Source: the human T2T-CHM13v2.0 reference genome, Homo sapiens. From it: a DNA stretch of 64,000 nucleotides. The stretch is from NCBI RefSeq assembly GCF_009914755.1, contig NC_060925.1; one strand, given 5' to 3'. Shown here one piece after another: positions 29,401 through 43,744 of this stretch (position 1 is its first letter; every line of letters starts with the position of its first letter). The translations under genes were made by a program, and so were the position numbers. The notes beneath the pieces were generated by a model, which searched no databases, was not told the DNA's origin, and worked only from the letters and a program-made list of their open reading frames with translations.

Positions 29401-30919
29401 TGGCTGTTATTGAGTACCAATTGCACTATGGTACTAAGGACTATGGAAGAATAAAAACAGCATGCATGTATTCATTTGTTCAAAAAAGCATTCCAAGCAC
29501 TAAAATAGATTCCAGATGAAAATACAGGTGAACAAGACATGGCCCCTACCCTGAAAGGCTTCACTGACTATAGGAACCTCCTAGTGAAAACAGATCTGAA
29601 TTTAGTCAGAGACTTGGGCTTGAATCTCAGTTCTGTCACTTACAAGTTGTGTGACCTTGGGTCAAGTCATTTTTACCTCTCTGAAACCCAGGTTCCTTAC
29701 ATTTATGAGAGGGGTGAACCAGGCCATCCCTTCTAGCTCTAAGAGTCTAGGATTTTATAAGCATAAGAAAATTCATGTCATCTTTTCAAACTCTAGTAGA
29801 TCTGGGGTAGTGGAGAAGGATACATGATTAACTTCTGAGTGGCGGCTGTCACGCATAGGAAACAGAAAAGTGCACCATGCCTTAAGTGGAAGGCACTGTC
29901 CTCAAATAACACATCTCATAAGCACCACCGGGCCCTGGCCTGCCTGTGTCCTTTATCGAGGCCGTGAGGCAGAGGCTGTTTCAGAACCATGGATAGCTCC
30001 ATGGTGCTGCCCCCAAGGCCGGGAGCCTAAACAGGCCTTTCCACCACCAACCAGATGTTCCTGTTTCCTCAGCCAGCTTAAGGCTAAAACAAACCTTTTC
30101 AACCAGGGTTTATCAGAGTTTCTAAATTACATACTGGGAAGAAATTTAATTGGTTTAATTAAGAAAGTTTATTTCATGGTAATTCAGTTTTGTTATGCTG
30201 CAAGACTTAATGTGTCCTCTGGTAGGAGCGTCTGTTATAAATATTCATTGCCTCACTCAAATACCCTCTCCTGACCCTAATCTCCCTCCCTTACCCCATA
30301 GAGTTTGAAAATGTGTCTGAAGAATATTGAGGAAAGTGAGGCCTTCCTGAGCAAGGACACCAGTCCTGGACAAGGTCAACTGAATTCAGTGTGGAAGGCA
30401 TAGAAGGTTGGAGTTAAAGGGGCTTTACAGCTATAGTGTGCTGCTCCTGCATCTTATAGATAGGGAACTTGGGCTTAGAAGGGAAAGGAGAAAGGGTAGG
30501 TAACACACTTAGTCAACGGCAGAGCTGGACATAGGGACCAAATCTCCTGATTTCCAATCCACTGCTTTTGTCTCACAAATTCTAAAGTTAAACTATTTTA
30601 AAACTAACTCTAGAGATCATCTGGTCAACTTTCTTATACACAGAAGAAAAAACTAAGGCCTAAACAGGAAGCTAACTTGTCCTAAGCCACATACAAACCC
30701 ATCTACCTCCCTTCCTCTGCAGGATTCCCAAGCCCTGAGAATCATGCAACTTCTGCTGGATTACCCTCAGTGAAAAACATTTCAGTATTACATTTGTGCA
30801 CCTAATGCTGGTCATTAGGGGATGAAATTGAGATTTGACATTACTTTTCCCTGAAGGAGTTTACGGTCTAGTTGGGGAAAGGAGATAAAATGAGAATAAG
30901 AGACATAAATGATAATGAT

Positions 30920-31258
<339 letters not shown>

Positions 31259-33139
31259 CTACTCACAGTTTCTCTAGTGTGCCCTGATCTCTCCTGCATC
31301 TGTGCATTTGCACATGGACACCATTCCCCAATGCAGCTGCTTTGTCAACCCCAACTCATTCTTCAAGACCCTGGAAAACCTTTCCAACCTCTCTCCTGAC
31401 ACACACAACCATGACTGTCTTTCTCTCCTGCGTGCCCCACTCTCCTCTACCATCCTTTCTCATAGCATTTATCACGCTGAACAGTTACTTTTTTCACTTG
31501 TCTGTCTCCCCACGAGGGTAAGCTCCTTGGAATCACCAGTGCCAAGAGCACTGTCTGGCAAAGACTAGAAGTTCAGCAAATAGTAGCTAAATGGATGAGT
31601 ATGAAACTGATTTAATGTGGAGTTTCAGCTCACTGGGTTATAAACCCAGAATAGTTTTATTTTTCCAATAATTGCTACCAACTGTGCTCTGTTGAACCCT
31701 CCCTTTTCCTGCTGGGTAGCAGACTGCCTTAACAAACTCAATCTGAGGCCATAACTTTTCAGTCACTTCCACTTACTAGAACAGTTTTACTGGGTTCTTT
31801 AGGATTCAATCCTATTTAATTATATTTTGTATTCTTACGTTTGATTCAAAGCTCTTCCTACCCAGCCCCTCTTATTCCCTGCCTCCTCCCCTCACCATCC
31901 CTAATCCAGTTCCAGCATCTGCTCCCACTCACCTCCTCCCTCTTCCACTGCTCTGGCATTGGGGTGTGAGGAGAGAGACAGGAGGTAGCAGACTTCTGGT
32001 GTAACAGCTCACAGTGAGACAGTCCTCTCCTAATTGTACCCTAGCTGCTGACCTGATTTTTTGTCTGTGGGCTCCTTACAGGTGCAGGGGAGACCCCCAT
32101 AAACCCTACTGATGGGGGCCCTCCCTGACCAGCTTACTATGCAGTGCCAATCCCAACTGAGATTTGCCTTATCATTGACTGACACTCACTGTCATAGTCT
32201 CACAAACCCAGTGCCCTGATGCCCCTCACTGTACAAGGTCTCTAATCTCATCCAATCTCTGTGAGGAAGAAAGTCTTTGCCCCTTTTGTCTGGCTAAACC
32301 ACCACCCTTTTCTCTCTATGCTCTTCGTTTGCTATGGCATAACAAGGCCAGGTAGTTAAATGAAGAAACACAATGTCAGTCTACTTTTCCTTGGGAAAAA
32401 GTTCAATCCTTTGTTTCTCCCAGGGAAAAGGGAGAGGAGGTAACAGTTTTTCTCCTCTTCTAGGGAGAAGAGGTCAGAGTAGGGCTGGTTTTTAAAACCA
32501 GGAGCCCCTCAGCCAGTCCTGTGAGAAGGTGGGCACCATGACTCTTAGTCTGTTTAAAATGTAAAGACTTTGTGCCTTTTTTTTTCAAGCAGTAAACTTT
32601 AGGTGTCAATTCCTAGCTGGGGGCAGGGGCAATGATCTACTCTGCACTTCACTCTGTGCTTCACACTATTTCCTGGAATTGAGGCTAGCACAAGAGAGGT
32701 TTTAAAAAGAGTGCTTCTTTGTGGGTAAACAGGGGAAACTTCCTTAAAGCAACAGTCTGAAGTTGAACCTTAAAGATTAGAAAGAATAAAATTGCTGAAG
32801 AAAAAATGTGATCTCAGCATGGGGAAGAGGAAAAGGAATCATCATGACATTGTTCAGGAGATAGCACAGTGTTCAGTGTATAGTAGGCATTCAACAAATA
32901 AAATGAATTAAACTGTTCCACCTACAACTAGAAGTTCTTTCTTAAACAAACAAAAAAAAAAGCAGGGACTGCGTAGCTGGACAGACTGAATTCAGACCAC
33001 CACCCTTCCATTAATTTGGCATCTTCTCTAAGTCTTTTGATCTCTCTGAGCCTTTCTTTCCCCAGATTTTTAAAAAAGGATAATAAAATCATTTAGAGAA
33101 TTGTTATGAGCACTAACAAGTTGCATAGCACATTGTAGC

Positions 33140-33490
33140 TGATAAAATGCCATGTGTCCACCAAATAGGTTTATTTTCCTCCTAGGCACACAGTTGCCTT
33201 AAGGAACCAAGAGTCTGAATTCTGGTCAGTAGAATGTGGGCAGAAGTGAGGCATGCCACTTCCAGCCTTGGCCCCTAAACCTCCCGTACAATCTTCCATA
33301 CTTTTCTCTTGCCCTTGTCAATGAGGGTGAAAGTGAAAGAATCCAGGAAGGTAAAGTTAGAAAAGATCTGTTCCCAAGAGTCACTTGGTCTACCACTGAC
33401 TATGGTGGTTAAGACATAAACTTTTGTTGTTTAATCCGCTGGGGTTTGAAGGTTGTGTGCTCCAGCAGCAAGCACTTTACTTCAACTAAT
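33140..33490 (+). mobile_element. MLT1 (MaLR) LTR relic
   Basis: TTCCTCCTAGGCACACAG...AGAATGTGGGCAGAAGTGA...GCCACTTCCAG...ATAAACTTTTGTTGTTTAA. Confidence 0.6.
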
Positions 33491-34616
33491 ACACACATAT
33501 AAAGTACTTGGTAAATATTGGCCATTATTGTTAATTATATTTTTATATCACTCTTTAGTTCACAAGTACTTTTTATTTCTTCACATAATTGATTCTCACA
33601 GTGCCCTTGTAAATGAATATGGAGAACAGAGAATACTGCCCCATTTTATAAATGAGGAATCTGAGATCAAAACGCACAAGTGAATGGAGGTGCCCACTAA
33701 TTACACACAAGAAAGGAAGTCACATGACCAAGACAAAAACCATTATACTTGACTGAAGGCCCCTCTTATTCTGCCTGAATCTGAACAGTTGTTTGCTGGG
33801 TCACATTACCAGCTCTAGCCCCGCTGGGATCTTTCCAGTCCACAGAGCAACAGTGCCAGGGAGAAACCCAAATTTCTTAGGGTCAGTGGCAAGACACAAG
33901 AAGTTAGTAATTCCCAACAAGCCTCAAGTATGAGCAGATAGGCTGGATATCAGATACGAAAGTCAGGTGAGGTAACATCACCAATTCAGAAGACCACATG
34001 CCACCATGGAAAGAATGAAGGGATGTGGATTCTAGTTGTAGTTCTGCCATCATCTTGCTGAGCAGCCTTGGGCAAGTCACTGTGCCTCTCTGGACTTCAG
34101 TTCTGAATCAAAGTCTATAGCGCAACATCAGGACTGACGGGTCAGACTTTCCTGGGAGGCCTGGGGCCCTCTTGGTTGCAGAGTGATTAGAGTATCCCAC
34201 CTCCAGGGGACCTCAGGTTTTCCCCTCAGAGGCCAACTGAGAGTGGGCCAGCTCCAGTCCCCACCCTCACCCCACTCAGCTCCTCATGCTCCAAAATCCC
34301 AGGCAAAAGGCATCTGTCACCAAAACAAGTGGCCCGCCATTTCAGCAGGGAGCAAAAGCTGGGAACAAATGGTGTTTTGTCTAAACAATTGTTTCGAAGA
34401 GCAATTCATTTTCCAGGATGGCTTTTTTCTTTAATTATGTTGGTTCCCTAATTAGGTTGGGACACAAAAATAATTTCCAATGTACAGATAACAAATGCCT
34501 CCATCTGAGGGAATCAGCTGTCCTCAAACTGCCAACCCTGGTGAATCACCACCTGCCAGGGATGGAGGAGCCTCAGAACCAGAGACCACAATGTGAGATC
34601 CTAAGAGGAGAGGGTA

Positions 34617-34923
34617 AGCCAGGCGCAGTGGCTCATGCCTGTAATCCCAGCACTTTGGGAGGCTGAGGCAGGCAGATCACGAGGTCAGGAAATCGAGACC
34701 ATCCTGGCTAACACGGTGAAACCCTACCTCTACTAAAAAAAAAAAAAAAAAATACAAAAAATTAGTTGGGCATGGTGGCGGGTGCCTGTAGTCCCAGCTA
34801 CTCGGGAGGGTGAGGCAGGAGAATGGCGTGAACCCAGGAGGCGGAGCTTGCAGTGAGCGAGATCGTGCCACTGCACTCCAGCCTGGGCGACAGAGAGAGA
34901 CTCCATCTCAAAAAAAAAAAAAA
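34617..34923 (+). mobile_element. AluY with expanded central A-tract
   Basis: GAGACCATCCTGGCTAACACGGTG and GAGAATGGCGTGAACCC; long A run in the linker. Confidence 0.95.
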
Positions 34924-35368
34924 GCAGCAGGTAAAAGGTCACACACAAATTAGAGACCAGAGACAATGCACTCTTGACTCTGAGTGTAATGTCTGGCCAG
35001 TAACTGTTACTAATATAAATATTATCATTATTGTCATTACTATTGTTGTTATTTTAGAACTAGACAGAGCTAGGCTTGAGTCCTGAGCCTCCACTTACTA
35101 GTTATAAGCCCCTTTTTAAGTGTCAACTTTTTCATCTGCAAAATGGGTGAATAATTTCTATCATCTCAGGATGATCAAATAAAAAAATATGTAAATTGTC
35201 GGGCCCTTAGTAAGCAACTTATCATTCTTAATTAACATTCAAAAATAGGTAGAAAAAGACCCAGAGGAAAAAAATAGCACTGTGGTTAAGGGCACAGATC
35301 TAGAGCTGGATTGTAGGGGTTTGAACTCAGTTTACCATTTATTAGCTATGTGGCCTTAGGCAAGCTAC

Positions 35369-36009
35369 TTACCCTCTAGCGCCTCAGTTTCTTCATCTTC
35401 CAAATGTGGATAACAACAATGATTATGATAGTGATGATGGTGATAATTCATATGTCATAGGGTTTTATGAGAATAGATGCATACAGTAAGTATTATAAAA
35501 GTGCTAGCAGTTATTAATTGCAATTTTGCTTCATTCCCGCTAGGTCTTGAACTCAAGTTTCCAGCTATGAGTCCTGAGTTCCTCCTGGCCTCTGACAACA
35601 GCTGCCTAGGCCATGGGGCAGAGTGAGGAGAGAGGGGTCCCCCCCACTTTCCACCAACACTGCCTCAGTTCTATGCCAGACCTAGCTCTGCCATCTCTTG
35701 ATTGTGTGACTTGAGCAAGTCCCAAGGCCTCTCTGAGTCTCCTTGCCTCCTCTTTAAAGGGGGTATACTAATTTTTGTCCTCCCACCTTCCAGGCCACAG
35801 TGAGAACTTGGTGTGAAAATTCTTTGAACGCTGAGCAGGAGTGAGGCAAAATTGGAATTAATATCTGCTAACACTTTTATAATACTCACTGTATACACCT
35901 ATTCTCATACAACCCTATGACATATGAATTATCACCACCACCATCCCTAGCATAATCATCATTATCATCCACATTTGGAAGATGGAGAAACCGAGGTGCT
36001 AGAGGGTAA
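35369..36009. repeat. ~173-bp inverted repeat pair (35369-35541 and 35834-36009) with a 292-bp spacer
   Basis: The reverse complement of the right arm aligns over the full left arm at roughly 85%, including non-MIR sequence. Confidence 0.93.
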
Positions 36010-36282
36010 AAAGTGCTAGTGGCTGAAAGTGGGCCTAGGAGCTACATGAACCAAGAAAGATGAGTGAGAACAGATAACACTGCATGGCTAGCTATGAAGG
36101 TGGGCAGGAAAAACTAAGGGTGATAACTTTACCTGAATTGATTTGACCTGTAGGGCCATTAACTTTATGCCTCCCACTTGGTTAGGAGCAAAGCCAAGCC
36201 TGACTGCAGCTACTTGCAGCCTATTGCCTCTGCTGCACAGATTAGAGAGAAGAGAGCAGTCGCCACAGAGGAGGAGGCCAGT

Positions 36283-36407
36283 CAGGGTCAGGACTAGGGT
36301 GAGATGAGCAAGGTGCCTAGGGCACAAAATTTAAGGAGGCCCCCACCCTCCAGATTGTGCAAGTGCCTCCTTGGTGCTTCACTTGCCTTACCCTACCCCT
36401 GACCCTG
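36283..36407. mobile_element. MER53-like palindromic hAT MITE, internally deleted
   Basis: TIRs CAGGGTCAGGACTAGGGTGAG...CTTACCCTACCCCTGACCCTG; internal CCTAGGGCACAAAATTTAAGGAGGC. Confidence 0.75.
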
Positions 36408-36916
36408 AGATGAAAATAGGCCCCAGCCTGGGGATCAGGACCCCTGTATTGAGGTCCTGGTTCTGCTACTTGCCAGGCAATTAGGGAACTGGATTTACCT
36501 CTTCCCAAAAATAGAGGTGTGCATCCCTACATTCAAGAGTGATGTGAGGACCGGGTGAGAGGTGCTGAGCTCATACAGTAAAGGCAGCCTTTAGTGACCA
36601 CCTGCTCTGCAGACAAGGAGACATGCTCCCCACCTGCACTCACCAGCCTCTCCTTTACCCCCACTCCATAGCCCAACCTGTGTGTTCACTCCTAGTATAG
36701 GCCCCACACCCCTGCACAGGCTGCTCTTACCTTCTCTCCAGGCCACAGGACCCTCCCCTTCTCATCTCTGGCTGTCTCAATCGTCTACCTTTCCTTCTCT
36801 AACCGCCAAGCTCCTCCTCGCACCCCTGCCACATTAGCTCCACAGGACACACATGAGCTGCTCTCGCCCCTGAACCATTTTCTGTGTGCTGGCCTCAGAT
36901 CTCCAGCAAGAAGGGT

Positions 36917-37294
36917 ATTATGGACTTAATTTTGTCCCCCTAGAATTCATATGTTGAAGCTCTAATCCCCAGTGTGACTTTCTTTACTTGGAAATAGGAC
37001 CTTTAAGGGGCTAATTAAGGTTAAATGAGGTCATAAGTATAGGGCCCTAATCCAATAGGACTAGTATCCTTCTAAGAAGAGGTAGAGATGCCAGGAGTGT
37101 GCACCCACAGAGAAAAATGCCCTGTGGGGACACAACCAGAAGGTGCCATCTACAAACCAGAAAGAGAGGCCCTACCAGAAACCAACCCTGATGGCATCTC
37201 CATTTTGGACTTGCAGCCTCCTGAACTGTGAGAAAATTAAGTTCTGTGGTTTAATCCTGTAGTATTCTGTTATGGCAGCCTGAGCAGACTGATA
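36917..37294 (+). mobile_element. MLT1A/B (MaLR) solo LTR
   Basis: AATTCATATGTTGAAGCTCTAATCCCCAGTGTGA...GGACTTGCAGCCTCCTGAACTGTGAGA...GTTATGGCAGCCTGAGCAGACT. Confidence 0.88.
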
Positions 37295-40200
37295 AAAAAG
37301 GGCCTGTATCACATTTCACATGTGATCTTGGATGGTCACTTCCTTCCTCCAAGACTCTTTCTATAGCTGAGAAAAGGAGTTAGCATGGCTAGGTGGTTTT
37401 CCACCAGCAAAGTCACAGAAGCTTGAAACAGATGAACTGCACTGCCAGGGAAGGTGTGCTCTGAAGACGCTATGTGTGATGAGGCTAAGGGGCAGGGCCA
37501 GGTTGTGAGGGTCCTGCTAAGCCACGCAAAGGGCTGTCTCCTTTCTGAGGAGGGGCAGAAAGGAGCCATTGGAGAGTTTTGAAGAAGGGAGTGATATGGT
37601 TTGTGTTTTAGAAGGGCCACGCTGGCTGCTATGTGGGACCTGGATTGGAAAGGCAGTGAGGAAGGTGACATGGAAAGCCAAACATGGGGTGCTGCAGGAG
37701 AAGGGACGGTGTGAATGACATCAGGAGACAGAATAGATAGGATGTGCTTGTCTGGATGGGGAACAGGGAGGTTAGGGATGCTGTGCCCCATTCTCTACTC
37801 AGGAAGTGGCTGGGTGGGCCGGACCAGGGTAGAGAGGGGCCTATGGATGTGGAGGTACTTTCTACATTGTGGTGGCAGGGGCTGGCGGGGGGGCTGTTGT
37901 CTACCCTAGCAGCAACAAAATACTAGGTACATGACAAATGCTTGAAAAATATCGGCTCAATAAATAAATATGAAGAAATGAAATGTTAAGGTTACCACCT
38001 TGGTCACACTCTTGGTCTAAAATGGAATCTCAGCTCCCAATAATGAAGCTGGCAATCCCTTTAATTACCTCTTTGACCTCTCAACCAGCCATACCCCAGC
38101 AGGACCAGAACCAGAACTCAGATCCTACTACTCAGGGGCCATTTGCTATGGGACTGATGCTTTCCCACTCAACACCTGTTTTAATTCCTGCAACAACAGT
38201 CTGAGGGAGAGGAGATCAGCCCCATTTTAGAGACGAGGAAACTGGGGCTCAGAGAGGCTCAGCAGCTGGTTCCAGGCCACCTTCCTTCACTCCATCCCAT
38301 GGTTTCTTGTTTCCTTGAAGGCTACGAACTCTTCACCTTTGATACAGAACAAGAACAAATTCCTGGAAGTCCTCTGCTGCACCATTTGGCTGGAAAATAT
38401 TTCTTTAAAAAGATATGCTGTCATCTTCTCCTTTTTTCTTCATATTTCAGAGTCTTGGGCTGCAGCTCTTAATCTGCTGGAAAATATAGCCTAGCCATGT
38501 ATCCTGTCACTCTGATCTGAGGCACAGCTCTCAACCACAAATTATTTCCACTTCTCATTAAGAATATACATTCATCACATTCTATCCAGGGCCCAGTTAT
38601 TCCTCCCTGAAACATATAATTAGAATAAAATTAAAAATTCAGAGTGTCAGAATATTCCCTGGCCTGACCCCTTATTGTCACATGGGGAAACTGAGGCCCA
38701 GAGAGGAAAAGGGGCCAGCCCAGCATCACATAGCCACTCCATGGACTTGAACCCCCATTTCCTGACTCCCCTCCAGTTGTCCTCCCACAGTCCTTGCATA
38801 CTGTAAATGAAATCAAAAACTACATGCAGGTCACTCTTGCCAATCTGCCGTTTTGTTTGAGATGGATTCTGTGTGGTTTTATTACTGAGTTCTGAGCTGC
38901 CCACTGGGCCCTCCCTCACTCACTTGCTTCTAAAAAAGAAGTAACCATGTAGCAGAAACACATGCTAACACGGTGGTGTAAAGACCCCATGGAACAAGAA
39001 AAGGTGAGCAGAAAGAGATTTGGGGCAGTTGAAAAAAAGGTGGGAGCCAAAGAGCAAAGAAGCAAATGAACCCCTATTTTGAACATCTACTCATCTCAGA
39101 CACTGTGTTAGAAAAGGTGTGCTCATGTTCTTGTTTAATCCCCTATGAGGAGATTATTAAGACTTCCATCTTAAAGATGAGCAGATTGAGGCTCAGGGAG
39201 ATTAAAGTAACTTGTCCAAGGTAACTTGCCAATGGGGTGGAAAGATTCACAGTCTGTTTAACCCCAAGTCCAGTACTCAGTCTGTTACATCTGGCTCTCT
39301 CTCATGTACAGATTATGTGCCCTTGGGTAGGTCTTTTCCCTCAAGTGGCCCCATCTGGAAAATGAAACAAGTATAGCTTCATCACTGGAGAAAACCAAGA
39401 AAAAATAGAACAGTAAGAGACACAATTAGAAAGAGACAAAGGGAGAACCAAGCCTCTCTGCCAACCAAAGCCATTAACAGCAAACTCTGCTGATCAGAGC
39501 AGAGGTGGGTTTATGTGCATATCCACTGCCATCCCCACCCTACCCCCCAGGTGTCCACTTTAATATGACTCAACCTCTCCCAGGTTGCTCCTTGGCTCTT
39601 TGGAATGTCCCCCCACCAAGGGTAGGGCCTCTGATGGGTTTCCTCTTCCCTGCACTTGGCTCCCAGACTTTTGAGGCCCTCCCTCAGTGCCAGCCCAGCA
39701 ACAAGCTCACAACCTCCCTTCCTGCCAGGGAGGCCAGGACAGGGAAAGGAAAGGGGCAGGGAAGCCTGGGTCCCTTCCAAAATGCCCATCATGTCCATAC
39801 TAGGTACTACAATCTCAGAGTCATTCAAGTATGTGAGAGGCCCTATGCAGGGACAGAGAAAGACAAAACTGCAAACAAAGAGCATTAACCTGGTTGAGCC
39901 TCAGTTGCCTTATCTGTAAAATGGGCACAGTCTTCTTCATTTAACCCACACACAACCTATGAGGTAAGTGTAATCGTTAACCCCATAAAAGTTCAGCCCA
40001 ATTCACAGAAAGTGCTCAGTAAACTAGAACTATTATATTACACAAAAGCACAGTCCCTGCCCTCAAAGAGCTCCCATCTTAGTGGGGAGGGTGTGTACCC
40101 AAGTAACAAGGTTTGCTACCATTAGGTGAACAACTCCTCTTTTCAGGCACTGAATCTGTGGTATTTCTAATCTTCACAGAATCCTACAAGTCCTAGCATC

Positions 40201-41204
40201 TTCCATTTGGCACTGAGGAATCTCAGGCCCCTAAAAACTTGCTTCGGGTCACTCAACTAGGATTCCAAATATTAATACCTCCTCTCAGCCCACTCTGTTA
40301 CAAAGTAGAAATCAAGAATCTCTGGAGTTGACATCCAGGCCAAAGTCTGTATTATTCCTCATTAGCTCTTTTGGAGGCCTGGATTGGGACATTAGAAGAA
40401 ATCAAGCTAGGAGGAAGTCCCAGCCAGCCAGCTGGGGGCTGGCCCAGAACTGTAGAGGCCTCCGAGGCAAGTGGGTAGCCAAGCCAGAGAGTGCCCACTT
40501 CATGGAGTTTTTAGAAGGAGCCACTGGGAAGGGCCAAGCTTCCCCACTACAGAGCCTCTGGGAGGGTCCAGCAAGACCGACAAAGAGGCTGGGGCCATAC
40601 CCAGGTGGCAGAGAATTAGGCCTCACCGTGACTATGAAGATGGAGAGGAAGGGATGCCCTGTCAACAAGCATCCACAGGACTATCCACTTCAACCCTTTG
40701 GGGGATACAAGGAAAATGCCTGAACCCCCACCCTCCTGAAGCCTTCACTTCCCTCTGTGAGAGGGGCCCTAAACATAGGAGAAGGGAATAAATTATTCTT
40801 CATAACAACCCCATGCTGCAAAAGTTATCATAAATCCCAATTTTCAGATGAGGAAACAAGGCTCTGAGAGGGGAAGCAATTTGCTCCAAATCACACAGAT
40901 AATGAAGCTAAGCCCCTCTAGTTTTTGCTCCTCTGAGCCACATCACTCATCCCCTCCTTGTCCAGTTTATCTTGTTCTTATAAGAGGAGAGGAAGGAACA
41001 TATGGACCTTCACCATGGTGTTCCTATGGGCTGGCTGCATGAGATGCACTTCTAAAGATTTTTAAACATACTGATCCCCAGATCCTGCCCATGCAGATTC
41101 TGATTCAGATGGTTTGGACAGATTCTACAAATCTGTACTTTTAAATAAGTGCTGAAATTAATTCCAACTTTCAGTGGTGGCTAAAAGCAAGATGACTCCC
41201 TTGA

Positions 41205-41727
<523 letters not shown>

Positions 41728-43685
41728 TTCCCGACTCCTTCGGGGACTTCAAAAGAGCTTTGCTATGTCTCTCTGTTCCCTCTGCTTCATCCTCCTGTCC
41801 AATGTCAACCACCCTTGAAGTCCAGCTCCAATCTCTCCTCCTTCACAGACACCCCACACTACAGGCTAAAATAGACCCCTCCTCTCTCTGCCCTGTGATA
41901 TAGTTGGCATTTACTGAGTGCTAATCATGTGCTAGGCTCTGTAGTGAGCCACCACAATCATTACCTCTTCTAATCCTGGCTACTACATGAAGTAGATGCT
42001 TCTATTCTCCCCAATTTAGAGATGAAATGCAGAGGATTAGGTCACTTGCCCAAGTTCACATGGCTAGTAAGTGGCAAAGTTAGGATTTCACCTTGGGAAG
42101 ACTGGCTCCAGAGGCCCCACCCTTAATTGTGACATGACACTGCCTCTACATACCACCATTAATGTTCTCATAACCTCCAAGAATTTCTCCTATGGTGGGA
42201 TTTTTCAGTGCAAATTAAATACAATATGATCCTTTAATTAAAGAGCGCAATTTACACTGAGCAGATCACAGTTAGTTATAACACAGTGGAGGGGAGGAAT
42301 CTGCTACAGGTGAACTAGAGAAGGAGATGGTAGGCGCTGAAGAAGGCGTGTCCTGATGTCTTTAGGATGCCTCCTTAGAGGGACTCGATGCTTTGTTACT
42401 CCAGCAGAGGATTGTCAAGGTGATTGGAGGTCTGAGCTAGTGATAGTGCTGGGTGACAGGGGAAAAAAGGCTGTTCCTCTTGAACAAAATCATGAGGAAG
42501 TCTAAAACTGGATTTGCTCTGTGATGTTCATCTTTTACAGCCATACACTTATAGCTGTAAAAGCACCTTTATTATTGACATTCCTGAAGGAAAAATAACA
42601 TTTTTATGGCGTCTGACACTCTCAAACCCCTAACCTCATTTTCCCCATTGAAGCAATTGTCTCTATAATTCAATTTTTTATAATACAAGATTTCTTAAGA
42701 ATGCAAACTCCACATCCTAAGAGAGCATAGCACACAACTGGTATCCTTCAGGATGTCTGTCTTCCCTGATTGAGCTCCCCAAGGGTGAACATAGGTCAGC
42801 TCCATAGCTGGGGCCTCGGAAACCAGCACAGAGACCAGTCCAGAGCCTGGCATGGAGCAGGTGCCCAACAGCTGTTTGCTAGGTGCTGCCTCTGCCACCA
42901 CCTGCCATCCCTCCTGAGAACCCACCCTTTATTTCTCTTCTGTGTCATGTCCTTTGGTAAATGTAACATCTCCAGCTGGTTTAACCTCCCCTGATCTGTC
43001 TCCTGCAAACAGCCTGAATCATTGCATGCCAGAATTGCCCAGAGCCCTTATTCATGTGAAATCAACACACACCATCTTATGCTGCCACCACTACCATTAC
43101 AAAACTCTTAGCAGCCCATAGAGAACTGAGTTCAAATCCCCCCTCTCCTTGACACCAAGGAGGCCAGGTGGCAAGCCCTGGATCACACAGGTCCCACAGA
43201 CCCTATCAGCTCCTTCTGCTTTCATACACAATTAATTTAGCAGAACCCAGAGGCTCCCTCAAGGCAGGAAACAGCACCCTGAGAGGAGGGCAGGTGGCTC
43301 TGATGGTGGCCAAGGGTTTGAATAGGCCAGCCAAGTCTACAAACTTAGACACTGAACTAGACCTGCTGTTTGCCTCAATTTCTCCCTAAAAGCCCAAGAC
43401 CACATTAGCCATGGATGGTGACACTTCTGCTCTGGTGACACCACTGACAGTCCTGCACCAAGAGCTGGAAGCACTGGGCATTACCTTCTATTCACACAGT
43501 TGGCAGCTGTGTGACTTTGACTTCCCCTCTCTGAGCCTCCATTTCCTCACCTGTCCTTCTCCAGGGATGCTAACACCTGCCTTGCACAGTTATTCAAGGA
43601 TCCCATGACCTATTGGGCATAAAGTACCTAACACAAGACCTGGTCCACACAGGTGTGCTCAGTAAATGGAAACTATTTGAAGGTT

Positions 43686-43703
43686 ATGATGATGGTGGTG
43701 ATA

Positions 43704-43743
<40 letters not shown>
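43686..43743. repeat. (GAT)n trinucleotide repeat
   Basis: Seen directly. Confidence 0.95.
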
Positions 43744-43744
<1 letters not shown>

